Of a stretch of 64,000 nt of DNA, positions 1 through 7,389 are shown piece after piece. Within the stretch, counting starts at the first letter, position 1. Every line of letters begins with the position of its first letter. A program made the position numbers and the translations under genes. This DNA is from Flavobacteriales bacterium (lineage in GTDB: Bacteria > Bacteroidota > Bacteroidia > Palsa-965), in assembly GCA_040377305.1 (NCBI GenBank), contig JBEIPA010000012.1, forward strand, positions 64,001-128,000, given 5' to 3'. A model generated the notes under the pieces. That model was not told the origin of the DNA and did not search any database. It saw only the letters and a program-made list of their open reading frames with translations.

Positions 1-1773
1 GGTCCTCAGTCAATCGCGGTAGTTCGGTTCCATTCAAACCTTACTCCACCTTTGTATTCTGTTACCACAAATGCTTTTACAACATTGTTTCTCACGCAGA
101 ATGATCCTACATCCGGTATTATTCCCGTGAACATTCAGGTGGAACAAGGTGATGTAATCGGAATTCTGGGTCAGCGGGCAACTGTAAATTCTTATGGCGG
201 CGGAAGCTTTCCTACAACAATTGATGGATTCCCGACAACAGTGAATCGCTTGGGCATGCAGTTTCCTTTGACAACAACAGCACCACAGCAATTGTGGACA
301 GAAGCAGCAGGAAGCATCAGCCGCGTATTCATGTATTACGATTCGTTGATTACTTACAACGTTACTTCCGGACCAATCGGACCACTCACTGAGCAGTTCG
401 GAAACGGCGCTGACACTTCTTTCACTTCATCATGGGATTTTGGTGATGGGTCTCCACTTGGAACGGGATCGAATCCAACGCACACGTATGCAATGGCGGG
501 TACTTATAACGTGTGTACGTACATCACGAACACTTGTGGAACTGACACATTGTGTACTTCTGTAACAGTTTGTAATCCTTCACCGGCGGTTGCAGGTTAT
601 ACATCAAGTGTAGCCGGTCCAACAGTCACTTTCACGGACGGCTCTTCGAATGCAAGCAACTGGCTTTGGGATTTCGGTGATGCAACTACGTCAACAGCAC
701 AAAACCCTTCGCATACGTATGCAATGTCAGGAACGTATAACGTCTGCCAGATTGCATACAACGGAACTTGCGACGCAGATACGATTTGTACTTCAATCAC
801 AGTATGCGTTGCACCAACAGTTACTTACACTTCTATGGATATGGGTGGCGGATTGTACATGTTTAATGATACAACCACCGGCGCAACGTCATGGGCATGG
901 GATTTCGGTGACGGATCACCAATCGGAACAACACAGGATCCTTCACACACATACGCAGTGAACGGAACCTATACCGTGTGCGTTACTGCTTACGGATGTG
1001 ACAGCACAACCTACTGCAACACCGTTGTTGTTTGTATGCCAACCGTTGCAAACTACACAAGCACATCTTCAATGGGCATGGTCATGTTCACAGATGCTTC
1101 TGCACACGCAACTTCATGGGCATGGGATTTCGGTGATGCATCTCCGGTTGACAACACTCAAAACCCAATGCATACATACGCTACAAATGGCGTGTACACA
1201 GTTTGTTTGATTGCTACAGGATGCAGCGGATCAGATACAACCTGCACCATGATCACAGTTTGTCCTGAAGCATTGAGTGCGGCGTTTACATCAACAGACA
1301 CGCTGATGAATGCAACTTTCTCAAATGGTTCAATGAGCGCATCCAGCTACCTGTGGGATTTCGGTGACGCCTCAACAGACACAGCTGCGAATCCATCGCA
1401 CACGTATGCTGCAACGGGTCAGTATCTGGTTTGTCTCACTGCATGGAATATCTGTGGAGATTCAGCTACCACATGTGATACGATTCTCCTGATTATTCTC
1501 GACAACAACTCGATGACAACAGGGTCAACAATTGATCTGTATCCGAATCCGGCGAATGAAGTAGCAACTGTAAACGTTTCTTCAGTGATTTACAGCGGCA
1601 ACTATGTATTCGAAATGTTTGATGCAGCCGGGAAACTGGTGCGCACGCAAAACGGAGTATTCGGTCAGAACATGAACGTAGATCGTAGCGGACTTGAAGG
1701 TGGAATTTACATCTACAAGATCAGCGTTGATCAGAACGTTGTTGGTAACGGACGTTTGATCTTTACTCAGTAG
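1..1773 (+). CDS. PKD-repeat protein with T9SS type A C-terminal sorting domain (5' partial)
   Basis: The frame is open from base 1. Five WDFGD...NPxHTY PKD cores are present, and the C-terminus LYPNPA...GIYIYKI...GRLIFTQ fits a T9SS CTD. Confidence 0.9.
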   Translation, partial: GPQSIAVVRFHSNLTPPLYSVTTNAFTTLFLTQNDPTSGIIPVNIQVEQGDVIGILGQRATVNSYGGGSFPTTIDGFPTTVNRLGMQFPLTTTAPQQLWTEAAGSISRVFMYYDSLITYNVTSGPIGPLTEQFGNGADTSFTSSWDFGDGSPLGTGSNPTHTYAMAGTYNVCTYITNTCGTDTLCTSVTVCNPSPAVAGYTSSVAGPTVTFTDGSSNASNWLWDFGDATTSTAQNPSHTYAMSGTYNVCQIAYNGTCDADTICTSITVCVAPTVTYTSMDMGGGLYMFNDTTTGATSWAWDFGDGSPIGTTQDPSHTYAVNGTYTVCVTAYGCDSTTYCNTVVVCMPTVANYTSTSSMGMVMFTDASAHATSWAWDFGDASPVDNTQNPMHTYATNGVYTVCLIATGCSGSDTTCTMITVCPEALSAAFTSTDTLMNATFSNGSMSASSYLWDFGDASTDTAANPSHTYAATGQYLVCLTAWNICGDSATTCDTILLIILDNNSMTTGSTIDLYPNPANEVATVNVSSVIYSGNYVFEMFDAAGKLVRTQNGVFGQNMNVDRSGLEGGIYIYKISVDQNVVGNGRLIFTQ

Positions 1774-1835
1774 GCAGTATGTCAGTAGTGCAGTAGGCAG
1801 TCGTGAGGGCTGAATTGCTGTAAGAAAAGTATAAG

Positions 1836-1878
1836 AAAGGGGTTGTTCAGGTGAAGTCTGAATGACCCTTTTTCTTTT
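1836..1878 (+). terminator. Probable intrinsic terminator
   Basis: AAAGGGGTTGTTCAGG-TGAA-GTCTGAATGACCCTTT hairpin followed by a T tract, downstream of the PKD gene. Confidence 0.7.
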
Positions 1879-1978
1879 GACTGTCTACTGCCCAAAGCTG
1901 ATTCACTTGGCGCGATCAGCATACCACTGCAACGACGGGACTGCCTACTGCCCAACTGCCCAACTGCCTACTATTTAG

Positions 1979-1986
1979 TAGTTTTG
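1979..1986 (+). promoter_or_regulatory. Bacteroidota -7 promoter element (TAnnTTTG)
   Basis: TAGTTTTG lies 6 nt upstream of the ATG at 1993. Confidence 0.55.
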
Positions 1987-1992
1987 TCCTCT

Positions 1993-3321
1993 ATGAACTC
2001 CATTCTCATCATTGGCGCTGGCCGGTCTTCTTCCGCACTTATTTCGTATTTACTGAAAAACGCCGAAGTGCATGACTGGAATGTCCGCGTTGGCGACATG
2101 AATGAACAATTCGCGAAGGATAGAGTAGGCGCGAGCAAACGGGGTACTCCTTTTCGTTTTGATATCACGAATCAGTCTCAACGTGAAGAGGAAATTCAGA
2201 AAGCGGACCTCGTAGTGTCGATGTTGCCTGCGACTATGCACGGACAAGTAGCAGAAGACTGCGTTCGTTACGGAAAACATCTGGTAACAGCATCGTATGT
2301 TTCAGACAAGATGCGTTCGCTGGATGAAGAGGCAAAAAAGAAAGGTGTGATCCTTCTCAATGAAATCGGATTGGATCCGGGCATTGACCACATGAGTGCT
2401 ATGCAGATTATTGATGATGTTCATGCACGCGGAGGAGAAATGAAAGCGTTTTACTCGTACTGCGGTGGATTGGTTGCTCCCGAATCGAATGATAATCCAT
2501 GGGGATATAAGTTCTCCTGGAATCCGCGCAATGTGATTCTTGCCGGACAAGGCGCACCTGCACAGTATATTGAGGATGGAGAACTTCAGGAAGTGGATTA
2601 CATCGAGTTGTTTTCTTCGGCACGACAAATTGAAGTGAAGGGTCACGGGAAATTTGACGCGTATGCCAATCGCGATTCGCTTTCTTACAGAAGTGTGTAT
2701 GGCTTGGAGAATATTCCAACGATGCTGCGTGGTACGTTGCGTGCAGAAGGCTTTTGCAAAGCATGGAATGTACTGGTGCAGTTAGGTTGGACAGATGACA
2801 GTTACACACAAGAGAATCTGACCGGCTTGAGTTACGCACAACTCACAGAACGTTTGCTTGGTCAGTGTAAACGTTCCTTGCGTGCAGAAGCTGCGGGTGA
2901 TGCAGGTCTGGCCGAGAATGATCCCGCAATGGACATGGTGGAATGGATCGGCATTTTTGGCGACGAGAAAATTCCGTTCGACAAAGGAAGTCCTGCGCAA
3001 ATTCTTCAGGAACTTTTGGAACGTAAATGGAAACTGCAGCCTGGCGATAAGGATATGATTGTGATGCAGCACGAGTTTGAATATTCACTGAACGGTAATG
3101 ATGCGAGAATCACTTCTTCACTGGTTGTGAAAGGCGAAGATGAAATTCACACCGCGATGGCAAAGACAGTAGGCTTACCAGCGGCCATAGCGGTGAAATT
3201 GATTTTGACCGGGCAATATAAATCGAGTGGGGTAGTGGTGCCGGTAAAGAAGGAATTGTATGAGCCGGTGTTGAAGGAATTAGGAGAGATGGGAATTGTT
3301 TTTGAAGAAGTGCACTCCTGA
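1993..3321 (+). CDS. Saccharopine dehydrogenase family protein
   Basis: N-terminal ILIIGAGRS Rossmann motif; EIGLDPGIDHM; SYCGGL...NPWGYKFSWNP; AMAKTVGLP. Confidence 0.92.
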   Translation: MNSILIIGAGRSSSALISYLLKNAEVHDWNVRVGDMNEQFAKDRVGASKRGTPFRFDITNQSQREEEIQKADLVVSMLPATMHGQVAEDCVRYGKHLVTASYVSDKMRSLDEEAKKKGVILLNEIGLDPGIDHMSAMQIIDDVHARGGEMKAFYSYCGGLVAPESNDNPWGYKFSWNPRNVILAGQGAPAQYIEDGELQEVDYIELFSSARQIEVKGHGKFDAYANRDSLSYRSVYGLENIPTMLRGTLRAEGFCKAWNVLVQLGWTDDSYTQENLTGLSYAQLTERLLGQCKRSLRAEAAGDAGLAENDPAMDMVEWIGIFGDEKIPFDKGSPAQILQELLERKWKLQPGDKDMIVMQHEFEYSLNGNDARITSSLVVKGEDEIHTAMAKTVGLPAAIAVKLILTGQYKSSGVVVPVKKELYEPVLKELGEMGIVFEEVHS

Positions 3322-3330
3322 TTCATCTCT

Positions 3331-3765
3331 ATGAAGCGTTTCATTCTGCTTCTGGTCGCTGGAATTCTATTCATGGGATGTGGGTATAACTATTTGAGTT
3401 ATCGGCACAGGAAGCAATTCCGCGATTCAAAGTCTGAAGTAACGCTCAATCAAATATCACAATTACGTGTTTTGGATTCTGCAAAGTTTAGTCGGGGAGC
3501 ACACGTTTACATTCGTCCAATCATGGTGAACAGAAATCACGTTGGAGTTTATGGCTACAACCGGAACTCTTCACATTTCGGACGCGTATATTTCTTCGAA
3601 TACAAGAACGACTCTGTGATTCTCATTTCGCGAAACAATGAGGATAGTTTACGCAACGAAGTTGAACGATTTCTCAATGAACATGATTTCAGCAAACGAA
3701 AGATTGCGGTAGCTATGAAACGACTGAAGTCGACGTACGATATACTGTCAACGGATTCGTTCTGA
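3331..3765 (+). CDS. Hypothetical lipoprotein
   Basis: MKRFILLLVAGILFMGC lipobox-type signal; 144 aa; starts 9 nt after the previous gene. Confidence 0.6.
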   Translation: MKRFILLLVAGILFMGCGYNYLSYRHRKQFRDSKSEVTLNQISQLRVLDSAKFSRGAHVYIRPIMVNRNHVGVYGYNRNSSHFGRVYFFEYKNDSVILISRNNEDSLRNEVERFLNEHDFSKRKIAVAMKRLKSTYDILSTDSF

Positions 3766-3926
3766 GATTGCGGTATTCAATCTACCTCGCGAATCTGAAA
3801 TCAGTTCCCGAAGACGGAGTTGATTTGCGCAACAAGAATCCGGAATTACTGACCAATTTCAAGTGATTGGGATTTTTAACAAGTCAGTGTGTTGCCTAAC
3901 GTTTGCCCGTTCACTATCTTTCTAAG

Positions 3927-4271
3927 ATGAAAACCAACCTGCTTGTTCGCGTAATTACACTTTCCGGATTTACAATTCTGATGAGTGGATTTGTTGCGTA
4001 CAAAGCGGGTGCATTTGAATCGGGCTCGAATGTTAATGCTGACTCTCCGGTTAAGGATACCCTTTCACCGTTGATTTACGCACCAAGTTCCAAGTCGGGT
4101 CCGGTGTTTATTAGTGCTTCAAGTACTCAAGACACGGTAAAGCTACAGTCGACAGAGCAGCAAGCACCAAACCAGCGTGCTGAGCCACCAAAAGTGAAGA
4201 CTTATATGGGTGGAAGTAAATCGAAGCAGGTATTTACTCCTGAGCCAAAAGACACAAGCAAGCCGAAATAA
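3927..4271 (+). CDS. Small membrane-anchored protein with two xxSKS motifs (YAPSSKS, YMGGSKS)
   Basis: ATG at 3927; hydrophobic N-terminus ending FVAYKAGAFE; N-terminus is paralogous to that of the next gene. Confidence 0.75.
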   Translation: MKTNLLVRVITLSGFTILMSGFVAYKAGAFESGSNVNADSPVKDTLSPLIYAPSSKSGPVFISASSTQDTVKLQSTEQQAPNQRAEPPKVKTYMGGSKSKQVFTPEPKDTSKPK

Positions 4272-4277
4272 AAGCTG

Positions 4278-4748
4278 ATGAAGACTTTTCATCCTGCGGT
4301 AAAGATTCTTACAGCATCAATTTTCTTTTTGTTGATGTTCGCGTTTGTTGCGTTCAGATCGGGAGCGTTTGACGGAACACGAGCAGCACAAATCAAGCTT
4401 CATGTGAGTCGGACAGGAAAAAGTCATCACCAGAAATCAAACGATCCGAATAAAAGAGCAGTTCACGAAGGACGTCCAACGCTTAAGCAACGTGCTTCGA
4501 CAATTGAGATAAATCCAGAATGGGCAATGATGGCCAGTTCGAAGACAATTGTTGCTACACCTGTACATTGGTCTTTCGTCGGAAATTCTTTTGGGTCTAA
4601 TGCCTCACGCGCTATGATGTCGAGTTCCAAATCAACTCTCATGGTCTCTGAAGCGGAATTATATTCAGTCTACCGTGGAATTTTTAATGTTCCTTATAGC
4701 GACAAAACAGTAGGTAAAAACGAACAGCTGAAGCAAGGCAAGAAGTAA
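4278..4748 (+). CDS. Small membrane-anchored protein with two SSK[S/T] motifs (MMASSKT, MMSSSKS)
   Basis: Hydrophobic N-terminus ending FVAFRSGAFD; 6 nt after the previous gene and 1 nt before the next. Confidence 0.75.
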   Translation: MKTFHPAVKILTASIFFLLMFAFVAFRSGAFDGTRAAQIKLHVSRTGKSHHQKSNDPNKRAVHEGRPTLKQRASTIEINPEWAMMASSKTIVATPVHWSFVGNSFGSNASRAMMSSSKSTLMVSEAELYSVYRGIFNVPYSDKTVGKNEQLKQGKK

Positions 4749-4749
4749 G

Positions 4750-5622
4750 ATGGAGCAGCTCAAGGAAATATTCGACTTGATTTGGCCAACCGGCTTGAGC
4801 ATTCTGTTCCTCGCCATCCTTTTCATTCCCATGGAAAAAGTTTTTCCTGCGAAACCGGGACAGAAAGTATTTCGTCCGCGTTGGTTTACCGATCTGCTGT
4901 TTTTTCTCGGACAATATCTTTTCTGGAGCTTCTTCGTGTTCTGGGTGCTCAGCTTTTTCAGCGAGTGGATTTTCATGATTGTGCCCGAAGGATTCAGATC
5001 AGCCGTTGCATCACAACCCTGGGCGCTTCAGGTGTTCGAGGTAATTGTGTTAAGCGATTTCATCATCTACTGGGCACATCGTCTGCAGCATAAAGTGGAT
5101 TTCCTCTGGCGTTTTCACAAAGTACATCACACCGCCGAGCATCTCGATTGGCTGGCTGCACACCGCGAACATCCGCTCGATTCGATTTACACCATCGGAC
5201 TGATTAATCTGCCCGCATTCATTCTCGGATTTCCGTTGGAGACAATCGCCGGCTTAATTGCTTTCCGTGGCATCTGGGCAATTTACATTCACTCAAATGT
5301 GCGCATTCCCCTCGGACCATTGCGTGTACTCATTGGGTCTCCGGAACTGCATCACTGGCATCACGAACTCGAACGCGATCGCGGTAACTACGCAAACATT
5401 TCTCCGATCATGGACAAACTGTTTGGAACATACACCTGTCCCGATCACGAACCGGAGCATCTCGGCATCAAAGAAGAATTTCCCAAACACTACGTTGGAC
5501 AGCTCGTTCATCCGATCCTGCCGAAGAGAGTGGGGGATTGGATGTTTAAGAAGAAGAAGGCCGTTGTTACGATGAAACCAGAGCCCATTCGTGAAACAGT
5601 CGAAGTTCAGGTTCCACAGTAA
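4750..5622 (+). CDS. Sterol desaturase / fatty acid hydroxylase superfamily membrane di-iron enzyme
   Basis: Histidine boxes YWAHRLQH, FHKVHH, YIHSN and HHWHH; several TM segments; NY...DKLFGT tail. Confidence 0.9.
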   Translation: MEQLKEIFDLIWPTGLSILFLAILFIPMEKVFPAKPGQKVFRPRWFTDLLFFLGQYLFWSFFVFWVLSFFSEWIFMIVPEGFRSAVASQPWALQVFEVIVLSDFIIYWAHRLQHKVDFLWRFHKVHHTAEHLDWLAAHREHPLDSIYTIGLINLPAFILGFPLETIAGLIAFRGIWAIYIHSNVRIPLGPLRVLIGSPELHHWHHELERDRGNYANISPIMDKLFGTYTCPDHEPEHLGIKEEFPKHYVGQLVHPILPKRVGDWMFKKKKAVVTMKPEPIRETVEVQVPQ

Positions 5623-5708
5623 TGTAAACGTAACATCACGATCAAATTGTCTTAAGGTTAAACAGCTAACTCCTTCCTAATTTCATATCAGAATAAAATC
5701 AATACTGA

Positions 5709-6476
5709 ATGAATGATCATGAAAAACAACTTTGGAACAGGATTAAAGAGTTTCAATTCGATGAACCGGAAGTAGCATTTAGCTTTTCCGACCGGTTGGC
5801 AAATGAGAACAACTGGAAAAAGGATTTCGCCATTCGGGCGATTGAAGAATACCGCAAGTTTATTTATCTCTGCTGCGTTGCTGGACATCAGGTCACTCCT
5901 TCCGATGAAGTAGATCAGGTATGGCATCTTCACCTCACTTTTACTAAATCGTACTGGAAAGAGTTGTGCGAAAAAGTTTTGGAGAAAGAGTTGCATCACA
6001 ATCCAACAAAGGGCGGTAAAGTTGAAGAGAAGAAGTTCGACTTGTGTTACTCGAAAACGTTGGTTTCTTATCGCAATCACTTCGGAGTTAATCCTCCGGT
6101 AGATTTATGGCCGAATGGAACTACACGGTTTCAAAATGCAAATCATATACGCGTCGATGCACTTCGAAACTGGATAATTAAAAAGCCACAGCGAAGAATC
6201 CGAATTGCATTTGTAGTTCTACTTCTTTCGATCGGAGGACTCCTGAATGTTCAGGCATACGACAACAAGGATGTGATTGTCGGGTTTGGTGTAATGGCAG
6301 TGATTGCGGTTATCGGAATTATCACCTGGCGAAACGGTGGAGGAAATGGAAATGGGGGAAGTTGTTCATCCGGTTGCAGCACGAGCGGTTGCGGTGGATC
6401 ACACAGTGGATGTTCTTCGAACGGTTGCAGCTCCGGTTGTGGTGGCGGTTGCGGTGGAGGCGGATGTGGAAGTTAG
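5709..6476 (+). CDS. Glycine-rich-domain (GRDP/DUF1399-like) membrane protein with Gly/Ser/Cys tail
   Basis: RLANENNW...AIEEYRKF...TPSDEVDQVWHLH...Y...C...HHNP core; two TM segments; C-terminal GC-repeat tail. Confidence 0.75.
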   Translation: MNDHEKQLWNRIKEFQFDEPEVAFSFSDRLANENNWKKDFAIRAIEEYRKFIYLCCVAGHQVTPSDEVDQVWHLHLTFTKSYWKELCEKVLEKELHHNPTKGGKVEEKKFDLCYSKTLVSYRNHFGVNPPVDLWPNGTTRFQNANHIRVDALRNWIIKKPQRRIRIAFVVLLLSIGGLLNVQAYDNKDVIVGFGVMAVIAVIGIITWRNGGGNGNGGSCSSGCSTSGCGGSHSGCSSNGCSSGCGGGCGGGGCGS

Positions 6477-6526
6477 TTTCATAAAAAAGCGCGAATCTCT
6501 CCGCGCTCATACTATATCCTGACTGC

Positions 6527-6544
6527 TCCCGATAGCTATCGGGA
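6527..6544. repeat. Perfect 18-bp palindrome TCCCGATAGCTATCGGGA (REP-like)
   Basis: Read directly between convergent genes; a related copy lies at 44915-44933. Confidence 0.7.
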
Positions 6545-6546
6545 TG

Positions 6547-7275
6547 CTACTGCCGCTGCAACTGATTTTTAGGAACAATCTTATCCATCACTTTCCCACC
6601 CATCTCTTTTCCTTTTTCTTTTCCTTTTTCCTTCGCTTTCTCCTTCACCTCTTCTTTTACTTCTTCCTTCACTTGCTCTTTCACGGTAGTTGGAGCGGCA
6701 GCTGTTGTATCACTCGCATTCGAAGGAGAAGGTGCTGGTTTTGTTTTTCCCGTTCCTGCTTCGTCGATGGAAAGGTTAGTTGGACTAACAGCGCCATTAA
6801 CTGCGTCTGCAGGTGATTTCACCTTACCGGTTCCGGCTTCATCAATTGTGATTTGTCCACCTCCCCCATCAAGTCCACTCGCACCAGCAGGTGGAGCCGG
6901 AGCAGGTGATGCTTCTTCAGCCGGAGCAGCTTCAACTTTCGATGCAGATGTTCCAGCCTCAGCTTCTTTTGGTTGTTCCGGCTCGGGTTCACTCGGTCGC
7001 TCAAGTCCAGGAACACTTGGATTATTCGTAGTTGAGTCGGTACGATTCGCGTCGTTCTTAGTCTTCGTTTTACCTGTGCCAGGCTCATCGATGGTTATCT
7101 CCTGAGGAACACCACCGGATGGTTGATCGCGATTATTGACCGTAGTTGTATCCACAGCCTCCGCAGCATCTTTCTTTTTATTCTTCTTTTTCTTTCCTCC
7201 GTCTTGTGCGTAAGCATCGGCAGACAAAATCACTGCAGCCGCAAGAGTTAATAAAGTAAGTAGTCGTTTACTCAT
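6547..7275 (-). CDS. Secreted low-complexity protein with three IDE[A/P]GTGK repeats
   Basis: Signal peptide MSKRLLTLLTLAAAVILSADAYA|Q; Pro/Ala/Glu-rich linkers; Lys/Glu-rich tail. Confidence 0.75.
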   Translation of the reverse strand: MSKRLLTLLTLAAAVILSADAYAQDGGKKKKNKKKDAAEAVDTTTVNNRDQPSGGVPQEITIDEPGTGKTKTKNDANRTDSTTNNPSVPGLERPSEPEPEQPKEAEAGTSASKVEAAPAEEASPAPAPPAGASGLDGGGGQITIDEAGTGKVKSPADAVNGAVSPTNLSIDEAGTGKTKPAPSPSNASDTTAAAPTTVKEQVKEEVKEEVKEKAKEKGKEKGKEMGGKVMDKIVPKNQLQRQ

Positions 7276-7389
7276 GTGATTGTAAATTATATTGATTCGA
7301 TTTCGTGAATCCAAACACAACCGTTCGGACTTCCTGGCAGAACTTTATAATGGATTATTACCCAAAATTAGTGCCATTTGGGATACCTT

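Noticed and set aside
6738-7105. IDEAG/GTGKT read as Walker B and Walker A of a helicase or ATPase
   Set aside because: The motifs are fused and repeated in a disordered secreted protein with no ATPase fold or upstream P-loop Gly.
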